Positions 19,734-29,808 of a stretch of 64,000 bases of DNA are shown here, piece by piece; position 1 is the stretch's first letter, and each line of letters opens with the position of its first letter. This DNA is from an uncultured delta proteobacterium (GTDB lineage Bacteria; Desulfobacterota; Binatia; UBA9968), in the NCBI GenBank assembly GCA_963728565.1, contig CAVSLC010000003.1:1-64000 (forward strand). The letters run 5' to 3'. Both the position numbers and the translations under genes were made by a program. The notes below the pieces were generated by a model. The model did not search any database, had not been told where the DNA came from, and worked only from the letters and a program-made list of their open reading frames with translations.

Positions 19734-21059
19734 ATGAGCGAGACGGCGATTCGCGTAGAACGGCTAGGAAAGCGCTATCGCATCGGTACTCGCCAGCCGT
19801 ATTACACCTTGCGTGAGTCTCTGACGCAGGGCATTACGGCTCCTATCGGGCGCTTCGCTAATTTCCTCAGACGTGAGAATAGCTGGAGGGAGCGCATACG
19901 TCATAATGGCTCGCGGAACGGAGCTTCAGACGAATTCATGTGGGCCCTCAGGGATGTGTCTTTTAACATTGAGCGGGGACAGATCGTAGGTGTCATTGGC
20001 CGCAATGGAGCGGGGAAGAGCACTCTGCTCAAGATTCTCACCCGTATTACCTTGCCGACCGAAGGTGAAGCCGAGGTCTTTGGCCGTGTAGGTTCTCTGC
20101 TCGAAGTGGGCACCGGATTTCATCCTGAACTCACTGGCCGCGAGAACATTTACGTCAATGGGGCTATCCTTGGAATGAAAATGAGAGAGATCGATCGTAA
20201 GTTCGATCAGATTGTCTCATTCGCTGAAGTGGAGAAATTCATTGACACCCCGGTGAAGCATTACTCTAGCGGCATGTATATGCGGCTCGCATTCGCCGTC
20301 GCCGCTCATCTGAATGCCGACATCTTGTTGATCGACGAAGTATTAGCAGTTGGCGATATACAATTTCAAGAAAAATGCCTCGGAACGATTGGCGATGTCG
20401 TCAATGAGGGACGAACGGTTCTGTTAGTGAGCCACAATATGGCGGCAATTTCGACGCTGTGTGATACGATCCTTTGCTTGGATCATGGTCACCTGCAAAA
20501 AAGTGGACTGGCGCCTGACGTTTTGCAGTTTTACAGTACAGCTAATCTTGACAATGCGAAGCTATCTTCAGCGGTAGTGGAACGAAACCGTCAGGATATA
20601 GGAGCGGCAACGTTTTTCCTTACCCGTGCTGAAATGAACGATCCGGGCGGACAGCAAAGGACCGTTTACCGCTACTTGGATAAAATAGTCCTAATTCTCG
20701 ATCTTGCCGGTGAAGCGAAAATGAGGCGGTTCGGCGTGTCTTTTTATATTTACAACGGGAGAGGGCAACTTATCACCGTCGGATCTTCGGGAGCCTATCA
20801 CAATGTTTACTTTGATCGAGGGGTGAAACGCATAAGAGTTGAAATTGGTCCCCTCTCTCTCACGGGAGGGTGCTATAGCATCTCGTTAGTGATTTATTAC
20901 GGTGAGGGGCCAACACTCATTCGAGCAGATACCTGGAGCGATGCCTGTTTTTTTAACATGCATTCCAGGCCTTTCCGGCCCGACCGTGACATACGTTCAC
21001 CTTCCGAAGGAGCCTGTATTCTTCAGCAGAAGTTTTTTGCGCTGGGTAATCATGGGTAG
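19734..21059 (+). CDS. wzt: Polysaccharide ABC exporter ATPase with C-terminal Wzt_C domain
   Basis: GRNGAGKST, GFHPELTGREN, YSSGMYMRLAF, DEVLAVGD; C-terminal extension of about 150 aa. Confidence 0.92.
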   Translation: MSETAIRVERLGKRYRIGTRQPYYTLRESLTQGITAPIGRFANFLRRENSWRERIRHNGSRNGASDEFMWALRDVSFNIERGQIVGVIGRNGAGKSTLLKILTRITLPTEGEAEVFGRVGSLLEVGTGFHPELTGRENIYVNGAILGMKMREIDRKFDQIVSFAEVEKFIDTPVKHYSSGMYMRLAFAVAAHLNADILLIDEVLAVGDIQFQEKCLGTIGDVVNEGRTVLLVSHNMAAISTLCDTILCLDHGHLQKSGLAPDVLQFYSTANLDNAKLSSAVVERNRQDIGAATFFLTRAEMNDPGGQQRTVYRYLDKIVLILDLAGEAKMRRFGVSFYIYNGRGQLITVGSSGAYHNVYFDRGVKRIRVEIGPLSLTGGCYSISLVIYYGEGPTLIRADTWSDACFFNMHSRPFRPDRDIRSPSEGACILQQKFFALGNHG

Positions 21060-21077
21060 CTAGTTCATCACCAGCAG

Positions 21078-22139
21078 ATGAAAATGGCCGAGAACATCCT
21101 TTTTCAATGTCCGTACTGCAAAGGGCACATTGATCAGGCGAACGATGACTGGTGCTGTGGCGCATGTGGGAGACGATTTTCTCTCCGTCAAGGCGTTCCA
21201 TTTATGAATGTTGGCGAGCAGGGAGCACGAGGATTTATCTGGGCGAGAGATCCCGAGGCTTTTCTGGCTCGAGTGGAAAAGGAAGGGTGGCGAAACGCGC
21301 TCCAAAGCGTCCAACAGCCAGATTCCCCTGACAAACTCCAAGAGGCGCTTGCTCCCAATCGTGTCAGCTGGAGTTGTTTGTTTGACATGAATTCCTCGTG
21401 GAAGATATTGGATATCGGCGCTGGAACCGGCGGAGTTGCCTGTCAAATGGCTAGGGAGTGTTTTTCCGTCGGATTGGACAAATCGTGGTGTGATGCAGTG
21501 TTTATGCAATTGCGCGCGAAGCAGGATAATCTCCTACGATTTCAGGCGGTCGTCGCGGATGCGATTAGTATCCCATTGGATTCGAACCAATTCGATCTGG
21601 CGGTGATGATCGGTTCGTTCGAGTGGATTCCTTCTGGATGGCCATCCGAAAAGCCGAGAGACGTGCAAGTTCGAGCGCTAAAAGAAGTCCGCCGTATGTT
21701 GAAGCCCGGCGGACAGTTTTTTCTGGGAATAGAGAACCGGAAGTACCTCGGCTATTTTATGGGAATTCCGGAGCCTCACACCAATGTAAAGTATATCAGC
21801 CTGATGGACGATGATTATGCTGATGCCCTTTCTTGGGACGTAAGAGGAAAGCCTTATTTGGAGTTGACCCACTCGAAGGACGGATACATTGAGCTCCTGA
21901 AAGAAGCGGGCTTTGATCAGATCCAGGTCTTTTGGCTCTATCCGAACTACCGGCTACCTAACTATATTATTTCGCTGGATCATGTGGATAGCGTTCGATC
22001 GTTTGTCGAGAAACATCTTGATCCTAGAGATTTCGGAGGCAAGGAGATGCTTCTGTATCCGCTTTACCGTTTTCTCGATTCCAATGTTATTCCAAACTAT
22101 GTGCGCGATTTTGGTTTCGTCGCATCTCGTTCACTATGA
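21078..22139 (+). CDS. SAM-dependent methyltransferase with N-terminal Trm112-like Zn ribbon
   Basis: CPYCKG..CGACG; ILDIGAGTGG; LKPGGQFFLGIENR. Confidence 0.82.
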   Translation: MKMAENILFQCPYCKGHIDQANDDWCCGACGRRFSLRQGVPFMNVGEQGARGFIWARDPEAFLARVEKEGWRNALQSVQQPDSPDKLQEALAPNRVSWSCLFDMNSSWKILDIGAGTGGVACQMARECFSVGLDKSWCDAVFMQLRAKQDNLLRFQAVVADAISIPLDSNQFDLAVMIGSFEWIPSGWPSEKPRDVQVRALKEVRRMLKPGGQFFLGIENRKYLGYFMGIPEPHTNVKYISLMDDDYADALSWDVRGKPYLELTHSKDGYIELLKEAGFDQIQVFWLYPNYRLPNYIISLDHVDSVRSFVEKHLDPRDFGGKEMLLYPLYRFLDSNVIPNYVRDFGFVASRSL

Positions 22140-22149
22140 TGGATAATCG

Positions 22150-23394
22150 ATGATCCACCAAATAGAGTGCCATATCCGAGCGAATATCGATCATTGGGAG
22201 GTGCCGCTACACGATGTGGCAAATTGGCGGCCAGTAATTCGTTCTAACCGGGAAGATAATGGGCTTGTGGACCGTAAGTGGATTGGGCAGGTGATCCTAT
22301 GGTTTGCAGAAAAGCACGATGGCCCATGTCTCGCAACAAAGATCTTGGATCGCGCCCTCGAAGCCCGTGCCGTTGAATGTTGTAAGCTTCTTCAGGAACG
22401 AGCGAATCAGAGTATGACGTTTCCGGTTTTCCCGCGTATTTTCGATGTCAAGGAAATCTCGGGCCGGCTCGTTCTCTTTCATGAAGCAGTGGATCTCCCG
22501 AATTACGAGCTAGAGGTGGCTCGTACCATTTGCGGCCCCGAACGGTCTCTCCCGGCGGCCGAGCGAGTGATTAGACGGCACTTTGACGAAGTAGCCAAGT
22601 TATTATCTGTTCTTCGAGAGATGCTGCCAGTAAATCAGCCTCGTCATTGGGGCGGCTGGGCATACAATCTTGGCCATGAATTCAAGAATAACTGCGGCTT
22701 TGATACGAGTGTTTTAGATGAAAAAACTTTAGACAACATCGCACTGTCCCTTGATTCCTTATTGATGCGCTCCTGCTTTGGTTTAGTTGATCATCACATA
22801 GCGAATTTTTTTGCTGGACCACGCGTAGTAGACCAGCTCCACCCGAGCATCAATGAGTTTATGGCTCAAGATCCTGAGTTAATCCATGCCCTTAAGTTCA
22901 CGATTGCCTATTTTCGTGCAGGTCCGCTGGGAGGAATCTTCAAAGACTGGCTATATGCAATAGCTGTTGGCTTGATGGACGAAGGCGGTCGAACAATAAT
23001 TGGAAGTTCAGTGAGAGATTTACTAAAGCGAGTTGGGTTGCCGTTGAACCAGCCAGATCTTATTTGGTCGATGTTCATGGCAGCGTTCTTTGCCCGAGCA
23101 GCGAACGAGTTAGAGTTTCACCGTAACAATCCATTTGTTATTGATCGCTTGAAAAAGGAATACCGTCGATACACCATCTCTGCGGTGAAGCTCCATCGCG
23201 CAATCCGCGATGGGAGGCAACTTAACCATCGCCCAATAATTCGAGTTCAGAATGCCGTTGCCGTCGGGAATACCCGAAAATCAATTTTGTTCAAGTTTGC
23301 GCGAAAAACCAGAAGACAAATGGCGCTTGCATGGTTTGTGTCTAATCAAAAATTCAAGTCTTTTCGTCAGCAATTCGGGGCAAGTCGGTACTGA
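22150..23394 (+). CDS. Hypothetical protein, possibly a divergent kinase/phosphotransferase fold
   Basis: 414-aa ORF 10 bp after the methyltransferase; ATK..FPRIF..LFHEAV..LVDHHIANF..VVD spacing resembles APH/choline kinases. Confidence 0.45.
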   Translation: MIHQIECHIRANIDHWEVPLHDVANWRPVIRSNREDNGLVDRKWIGQVILWFAEKHDGPCLATKILDRALEARAVECCKLLQERANQSMTFPVFPRIFDVKEISGRLVLFHEAVDLPNYELEVARTICGPERSLPAAERVIRRHFDEVAKLLSVLREMLPVNQPRHWGGWAYNLGHEFKNNCGFDTSVLDEKTLDNIALSLDSLLMRSCFGLVDHHIANFFAGPRVVDQLHPSINEFMAQDPELIHALKFTIAYFRAGPLGGIFKDWLYAIAVGLMDEGGRTIIGSSVRDLLKRVGLPLNQPDLIWSMFMAAFFARAANELEFHRNNPFVIDRLKKEYRRYTISAVKLHRAIRDGRQLNHRPIIRVQNAVAVGNTRKSILFKFARKTRRQMALAWFVSNQKFKSFRQQFGASRY

Positions 23395-23811
23395 TAGATC
23401 ACGAACCAAGTGCGTCCTCTTGTCTAGTCAGTATCATTGCAATGTGTGGTAAGTCTACAGATGTCTGAGTTAGGCCGATTAGTCGACCGCGAATCTCTGC
23501 TCGCTCGAAGTTGCAACGCACAACTGGAGTTTTCGTCTTCTTGGAAGTTGTTGCGTTTCCCCGGGGTCGGAGCGCATGCTTTGCAACCTTGGTAATGTCC
23601 GGCGGAGTTGATTATCAACTCGTTCATGCAGCTTTGCAGTTCGAAGTGTGCCGAGTCTGATCAGATCTCGCGTATGAACCGACCCGAATACTAGTGATTC
23701 AAATATACATAAGTCGAATTCTTAGAGTTGTCGCGATGATTAGCAGCGGTACACCGCACGTTCACTAAGCGCGCGGTGTTAGCTGATTTAGCTACAGGAG
23801 AAGTTAAATCG

Positions 23812-24612
23812 ATGATGCTCAAATATTGCGTCGGCTTTATCGTTTTCATTGTCGGGGCCGTTATCGGCAGCTTCTTAAACGTCTGCATCTCCCGAATACC
23901 GAAGGGGGAATCCGTCGTTCATCCGCCATCGCACTGCCCGAAGTGCCGAGCGCCGATACGGTTCTTTCACAATATTCCTTTAGTCAGCTATCTGCTGTTA
24001 CGCGGCCGCTGCTGTTCGTGTGGCGAGCGGATTTCGTTTCGTTATTTCGCCGTTGAATTACTAATGGCATCTCTGGCGGTGCTTCTGCTTTATCAGTTCG
24101 GCTTAGGGCTCGCTTTTGTTGTGGGGTTCGTTTTCGTTGCGGCGCTGATTGTTATCTCTTTCATTGATCTGGACGTAAGGATTGTTCCCGACGTGATCAG
24201 TTTGCCGGGCATTGTCATCGGGCTTCTGTTCTCGGTGATCGGCCATTACTTCCTCCGCGATTCACTGGATATTGTGCCTACTCCTCTGGGCTCGTTGGCG
24301 GGCGTGTTGGCGGGCGGCGGATTTCTTTTGGCTGTGGCTTGGATCTATGAGAAGTTTACCGGCATAGAGGGAATGGGTGGCGGTGATATCAAGCTTCTGG
24401 CAATGATCGGCGCATTTCTCGGCTGGCCTTCGATTCCACTGACGCTGTTCTTTTCATCCTTAGGGGGTTCTGTCATCGGTTTAAGTATCATGTTGGCCAA
24501 AGGAGTAGATCGCCGATACGCTCTTCCATTTGCTCCTTTCCTCTGTTTGGGCGCTCTTGTGTACTTATTTTTTGGCAGAGAGATCATCGATTTCTATGTC
24601 TTCCCGCGTTGA
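23812..24612 (+). CDS. pilD: Prepilin peptidase / N-methyltransferase
   Basis: GSFLNVCI.RIP, SHCPKC, CCSC, FIDLD, GMGGGDIKL, LPFAPFL. Confidence 0.95.
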   Translation: MMLKYCVGFIVFIVGAVIGSFLNVCISRIPKGESVVHPPSHCPKCRAPIRFFHNIPLVSYLLLRGRCCSCGERISFRYFAVELLMASLAVLLLYQFGLGLAFVVGFVFVAALIVISFIDLDVRIVPDVISLPGIVIGLLFSVIGHYFLRDSLDIVPTPLGSLAGVLAGGGFLLAVAWIYEKFTGIEGMGGGDIKLLAMIGAFLGWPSIPLTLFFSSLGGSVIGLSIMLAKGVDRRYALPFAPFLCLGALVYLFFGREIIDFYVFPR

Positions 24613-24763
24613 GTCTGAACTTCTCCTCTCCATGTTAGATGATCGCCGCCTTACTGCCTAAACTCCCGTAAGCTGCCAATTTCCCCTTCGATAGCAACCT
24701 GGCTTGGGGCTCTTGACAGCCCCTCACGTGCACCTGTATGGTCCGCAAATTTCGGGAGGGGCC

Positions 24764-25210
24764 ATGGATTGCCAAAAGAGGGGCGGATTCTCTATTATCG
24801 AACTTATCGCGGTGTTAAGTCTAATAGGGATCTTGCTCGCGATCGGGATTCCGGCCTCAAACAAGCTACTTCTTTCCCACCAATTGAACGGCTCTGCACG
24901 GCGTGTTCAGACGGAGCTACAGAACATCAAGATGCGCGCGGCAGCCGAGAACCTGGGGTTTCAATTCGCATACAGCGCAGGAAGCGGCAGCTACACCATC
25001 CGGAGAGACGGCAGCGTATTCGTCAGCAAGCCTTTACCCGAAGGCATAGTAATTACTCAGGCCGGCACTGTTTCTTTTTCCCCGAGAGGCACCGCAGGGA
25101 GCAATCGCATTCGACTTCAAAGTAGAGAAGGCGGATGCAAACAGGTTGTGGTCAGCTCCACCGGCAGGATTCGGGTGTGCAATCCTACCGGTTGCAGCGA
25201 GGATTGCTGA
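24764..25210 (+). CDS. Minor pilin / pseudopilin, FimT/GspH-like
   Basis: Class III signal KRGG|FSIIEL; FSPRG; VVVSSTGRIR. Confidence 0.85.
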   Translation: MDCQKRGGFSIIELIAVLSLIGILLAIGIPASNKLLLSHQLNGSARRVQTELQNIKMRAAAENLGFQFAYSAGSGSYTIRRDGSVFVSKPLPEGIVITQAGTVSFSPRGTAGSNRIRLQSREGGCKQVVVSSTGRIRVCNPTGCSEDC

Positions 25211-25620
25211 TGTTGCCGCGATTCCTTGCACCAAGTCGGAGCGCTGGCGGATTCACGTTTAACGAAGTACTGCTGGCGATGAGCCTTATTGTTATCGGTA
25301 TTCTCGGCTATTCGGCCGGCACGGGTAATCTGATCCGGTGGAATTCCGCCAGCCGGGATTACACCGTGGCGGTGAACCTCGCGCAAGACAAGCTGGAGCA
25401 GATTAAAGCGCAGAAAAATTGGACCGACGTGAACAACTGCCCAACAGCGGGCGACGTTGATATCGCCGCAAGCGGTGAACCGGGCGGCCGGTATAACCGA
25501 TGCTGGATGATTGCCGATTCGGCATTGGGATCGGAGTTGAAGGAGATCACTGTAACGGTTTCGTGGCGCGCGCAAGAGAGCCGGGAGGTGACTCTCACCA
25601 CTCTGGTCTATACAGGTTGA
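25210..25620 (+). CDS. Minor pilin, PilV-like
   Basis: GG|FTFNEVLLAM, AVNLAQDKLEQIK, LKEITVTVSW. Confidence 0.8.
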   Translation: MLPRFLAPSRSAGGFTFNEVLLAMSLIVIGILGYSAGTGNLIRWNSASRDYTVAVNLAQDKLEQIKAQKNWTDVNNCPTAGDVDIAASGEPGGRYNRCWMIADSALGSELKEITVTVSWRAQESREVTLTTLVYTG

Positions 25621-25628
25621 GATTGCCT

Positions 25629-26273
25629 ATGCAAATTATTCAGAACGACGGCGGCGCCACTTTGATCGAGCAATTGGGTGCGTTATTGCTAGGGACCATA
25701 ATCATTACAGCCCTATTTGGATTTTATCGTACCGAACTGTTCCATCTTCTCGCACAAGAAACCAGGATGGCAACACTGGAAGATGCCAGAGGCGCGATGG
25801 ATATCATTAGCCGCGATTTGAAGCTGGCAGGTTCATGGGGCGCCGGAAGCCCGCCAGCGGAGACTTATCTGGGGGACGATCCGGACGGTGATGAGGACGC
25901 CGTGTGTAATCGGGTTTATCGCGCGACCGGGCGTATGATCCAGATTCAAATGGATCTTAATGGAAACGGTAATTGCGCCGACATAGAGCCGCGCGAAAAC
26001 ATCAGCTACGAGCTCGGCGCGCCAACTAGCAGCTGCCCAGGAGCAACGGTCATCCGACGCAATGGTGACTGCCTGGTGGCTTATGCGACGGCGCCAAACG
26101 GCAAGCTGTTTAGGTATTACGATGAGAATGGTTTGCAGCTCAGCGAAGCCCCGCCGCTGGCAGCCATCAAACGAATTGGGATTTCGTTCTCAGTCGGTAT
26201 GAAGCAAACGGATTCAAAAACGGGCGCAAGCCTCACGTCGGCGCTTTCCAGCAGCGTTGAGCTGCGCAACTAA
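25629..26273 (+). CDS. Minor pilin, PilW-like
   Basis: GG|ATLIEQ, ARGAMDIISRDLKLAG, C-terminal SSSVELRN. Confidence 0.8.
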   Translation: MQIIQNDGGATLIEQLGALLLGTIIITALFGFYRTELFHLLAQETRMATLEDARGAMDIISRDLKLAGSWGAGSPPAETYLGDDPDGDEDAVCNRVYRATGRMIQIQMDLNGNGNCADIEPRENISYELGAPTSSCPGATVIRRNGDCLVAYATAPNGKLFRYYDENGLQLSEAPPLAAIKRIGISFSVGMKQTDSKTGASLTSALSSSVELRN

Positions 26274-27460
26274 TGAAAGCTTTCAGTACTCACAGCAGTG
26301 CTCTGATTGCGGACCAGCGTGGGATTGTCCTTTACTCTTCGCTGCTGTTGTTGACTCTGATCATGGCTGTGGGCGTGCAGGCGATCGTGTCGACGCAAAG
26401 CAACTTTCAAATGTCAGCAAATTTGCGATCTGAAAACGTTGCCTTCTACATATCGGAAGCGGGGATCGAGTGGAGCAAAAATGAACTCGCAAGGACCACC
26501 GTTCATCCGCCCCCGGCACTGAATTTTTCCTCGGCAATTTCCTCTGGAACGTTCACTGTGGCGACAATTTCTATAGCGGCCATGTCACCGCTAGTCTCCA
26601 GGACCGTCGTACGATCGACTGGCAAGTTTGCTTTATCTTCGCAGATCGTCCAAGCCGAGCTGATCAAGCGTTCTCTATTGGCCGACGCCGCCGTCGGATT
26701 GCGGGGAAATGCAAGCCACCCGATCCTGGTCGGCAATGATTTCTCGATCTCGGGTATGGATCATGATCTGACAACAAGCAAGCCAATCCCAAATGTCCGG
26801 CCGTACGCCGGAATCAGTGTCTCACATCCAGCTACTAAGGCAGAACTCGAGACGGCGCTGCAACCGAACCAACTCAGTAGAATTTCCGGAACTGATCGCC
26901 AGGGCGCAACGATTGCTGAAACCCAAAATCTGCCGACCGCAGCGATTGTGCGATTTGTTGATGAGCTGTGTTCAGCAGAAAATTCCCAACTCACAGCTAT
27001 TCCCGCAGATAGCTCCGTATTGTTGACCGATCAACAGTGGGGCAACCGATCTGTCCCCCAGCTTCGCTGCATAGATGGCACCCCCGGTGAAACCGATTCG
27101 GTTGCGACTCTCAATAACTCGTCAGGTGCTGGGATCTTGGTGGCTAGAAATGCCGATCTAATATTGGAAGGCGGGTTCCGATGGGAGGGTTTGATTATCA
27201 TAACGGGCAGCAGGGTAAGCTTAAAAGTAATGGAAGCTGGCATCAAAGAGATTATCGGTGCGGTGATCATCAATGAGACTGGTGCTTATTCCGAGACTAA
27301 TCCGTCGATACTCGATGTTCACGGCCCTATCAAAATACTTTTTAGCCGTTCCGCTTTACAAACTGCGGCAAGTGTCGTGCCCACCAGCGCTTTGATCAGC
27401 GCTTACACCTCTTTACCCTCGGAAGTGGTTCAGAGTTATTGGAGACCGGTAACGCCTTGA
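26273..27460 (+). CDS. PilX-like minor pilin
   Basis: QRG|IVL (no Glu5), AFYISEAGIE, C-terminal SYWR. Confidence 0.78.
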   Translation: MKAFSTHSSALIADQRGIVLYSSLLLLTLIMAVGVQAIVSTQSNFQMSANLRSENVAFYISEAGIEWSKNELARTTVHPPPALNFSSAISSGTFTVATISIAAMSPLVSRTVVRSTGKFALSSQIVQAELIKRSLLADAAVGLRGNASHPILVGNDFSISGMDHDLTTSKPIPNVRPYAGISVSHPATKAELETALQPNQLSRISGTDRQGATIAETQNLPTAAIVRFVDELCSAENSQLTAIPADSSVLLTDQQWGNRSVPQLRCIDGTPGETDSVATLNNSSGAGILVARNADLILEGGFRWEGLIIITGSRVSLKVMEAGIKEIIGAVIINETGAYSETNPSILDVHGPIKILFSRSALQTAASVVPTSALISAYTSLPSEVVQSYWRPVTP

Positions 27461-27680
27461 AGTAAATTCCGATCAATTCTCCCGCCGCTACGTCCGCCCT
27501 CGGGTTATCTAGTCTCCAGCCTATCCTGTGACCGTTGCTATCTGAAATGATCAAACGTAACAGCAAATCTGCGAAAACGTGCGTATTAGATAGCCAAAAC
27601 AATAATGTACATTACCGCGATAAGGTGGTAAATTACCCAATCTCAATCGTCGAACCTTGCAAATCTAGGGAGTAGAACGC

Positions 27681-28064
27681 ATGGACACACAGCGGACCAT
27701 AATGGTAGTTGACGATAATCCAGATATCATCACCATCGTCAAAACCATTCTGGAGGGGAAGGGTTACCAAGTGCTGAGTGCTTCGAGCGGCCAAGAATTG
27801 CTGAATCTCTTGACAGATCGCAAGCCGGATTTGATCATTCTTGACATCATGATGCCTGAAATGGACGGATTGGAAGTTTTGGGCCGTCTAAAGGCTGTCA
27901 CAGAGACGGCCTCTATTCCTGTGATTCTGCTTACCGCCAAGGTGCAATACGAAGATGTTCTTGGCGGGTATAAGTTAGGCGCCGATTACTACATTACCAA
28001 GCCTTTCACGAGTACGCAGCTAGTCAATGGGATCAATCTACTCCTAGGCGAAAGCAAGAACTAG
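27681..28064 (+). CDS. Single-domain response regulator (CheY-like)
   Basis: VVDD, LDIMMPEMDG, LTAK, YITKPF. Confidence 0.92.
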   Translation: MDTQRTIMVVDDNPDIITIVKTILEGKGYQVLSASSGQELLNLLTDRKPDLIILDIMMPEMDGLEVLGRLKAVTETASIPVILLTAKVQYEDVLGGYKLGADYYITKPFTSTQLVNGINLLLGESKN

Positions 28065-28155
28065 CACCAACTCAATCTCACCAGCCATTTCTACCCCTGC
28101 ATTGGCGTGGTACAAAGGTACACGTCCGGCAAACAGCCTGCTGTCGATCAGATCT

Positions 28156-28803
28156 ATGGTTGGTTTCATCACTTTTGAAGGCGGTGACGGCACCGGTAAA
28201 TCCACGCAGATTAGATTGCTGGAAAGGCACCTGATCGCGCAAGGTAAATCCTGCATAACGACACGAGAACCAGGCGGCACTTCGCTCGGTCGACTCCTGC
28301 GCAAAATTCTTTTAGAAAGCGGCAACCGGCCGATCAGCTCGGAGACCGAGCTCTTTCTGTATTTGGCCGACCGCGCCCAGCATGTCGATGAAGTGATCGC
28401 GCCCGCGATCATGCAGGGCAAGATTGTTTTGTCTGATCGATACACGGACTCAACGGTGGCGTACCAGGGTTACGGACGCGGCTTTGATGTGCAATTACTG
28501 ATGGCACTGAATCGGGTCGCCAGCCAAGGTGTCACCCCCGATTTGACGTTTTTGCTCGATTGTCCCGTAGAGTTAGGGCTGTCGCGTACGATCCATCGTC
28601 GGTCCGATCCATCGATAGCTAAGAATGATGATCGTTTTGAAAACGAGAATCTAGAGTTTCACGAAAAAGTGCGTCGGGGCTTTTTAGATTTAGCGCGAGC
28701 GGAACCGGCGCGATTCTATGTCATTGATGCTTCGCGATCGGAGCAAGAAGTATTCGCGGCAGTCAAAGAGATTGTCGACCGAAGAGTAGATTTTTCGAGC
28801 TAA
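28156..28803 (+). CDS. tmk: Thymidylate kinase
   Basis: FITFEGGDGTGKSTQ, TREPGGT, DRYTDSTVAYQG. Confidence 0.95.
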   Translation: MVGFITFEGGDGTGKSTQIRLLERHLIAQGKSCITTREPGGTSLGRLLRKILLESGNRPISSETELFLYLADRAQHVDEVIAPAIMQGKIVLSDRYTDSTVAYQGYGRGFDVQLLMALNRVASQGVTPDLTFLLDCPVELGLSRTIHRRSDPSIAKNDDRFENENLEFHEKVRRGFLDLARAEPARFYVIDASRSEQEVFAAVKEIVDRRVDFSS

Positions 28804-28821
28804 AAACTAGTACAACGAAAC

Positions 28822-29808
28822 ATGGGCTTTTCCGAAATCGTCGGTCACGAAAAACAATTAGAAACATTGCGCCGATCCTTCCTCACCGGCCGATTGCATC
28901 AGGCATATCTATTTATCGGGCCTGATGGCATTGGCAAGAGAACTCTTGCGCTGGCCATGGCCCAGGCGATCCACTGCGTCGAGCTGGAGACTGACTTCTG
29001 TGGCGCCTGCGGTGCATGTCGGGCCATTCAAACAGGCAATCATGCCGATGTCCGCGTCTTGGAACCTCAATCCAACAAGAAAGATATCAGCATCCAGCAG
29101 GTGCGCGAACTCGAGAAAGCGCTCAGTCTTCGGTCTTTCTCCGGTCGCCAGAAAGTGGCGATTATTGATCCCGCGACTTTGATGAATTGGCCTGCACAGA
29201 ATGCATTGCTGAAGACATTGGAAGAGCCGCCGCAGGGCTGCGTCTTGATCCTGATCGCGTCTAACGCTGGAGGTCTGCTCCCGACCGTGCGCTCGCGCAC
29301 TTTCGCGCTTTGTTTCGCCGCACTGCCACGGCAGCTGATGGTCAGCTTTTTAATCTCGCGCAAGGGTAAGACCAAGGAGCAGGCGGAATTCCTCGCCTCT
29401 TTGGCGATCGGAAGTTTAGGGGCGGTAACCAAGATCGAAAAGGAAAGGATGGTCGAAAAGAGACTAGAGTGGATGCAGATGCTGTCTGGCTTAACGGCGC
29501 GAGACTATCGCGCAGCCTTAAACGCAGCCGAAGCGCTTGCCGGAAATCGCGAGGAGACGCTAAAGTTTTTGGAATGGGCCGGACTTTGGTATCGTGATTT
29601 ACTAAGCTTCCGAATCGCTCATGCGGCGGACAAGATTGTCAATGCCGATATGCTGCCGCAAATCGCAGAACAGTCCGCTGGGATCGCGGAGGATGAGCTA
29701 TTCTCGTTGTTCTTCAAGACCGGCGAAGCATCACGGCTGATTCAGAGAAACGTTAACCGGCGGATGGTGCTCGAGGATCTGTTGCTCCGCGTTGTTGAAA
29801 GACCTTGA
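28822..29808 (+). CDS. holB: DNA polymerase III delta' subunit
   Basis: YLFIGPDGIGK, CGACGAC, QNALLKTLEEPP, LPTVRSR; tmk-holB-metG-tatD synteny. Confidence 0.93.
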   Translation: MGFSEIVGHEKQLETLRRSFLTGRLHQAYLFIGPDGIGKRTLALAMAQAIHCVELETDFCGACGACRAIQTGNHADVRVLEPQSNKKDISIQQVRELEKALSLRSFSGRQKVAIIDPATLMNWPAQNALLKTLEEPPQGCVLILIASNAGGLLPTVRSRTFALCFAALPRQLMVSFLISRKGKTKEQAEFLASLAIGSLGAVTKIEKERMVEKRLEWMQMLSGLTARDYRAALNAAEALAGNREETLKFLEWAGLWYRDLLSFRIAHAADKIVNADMLPQIAEQSAGIAEDELFSLFFKTGEASRLIQRNVNRRMVLEDLLLRVVERP

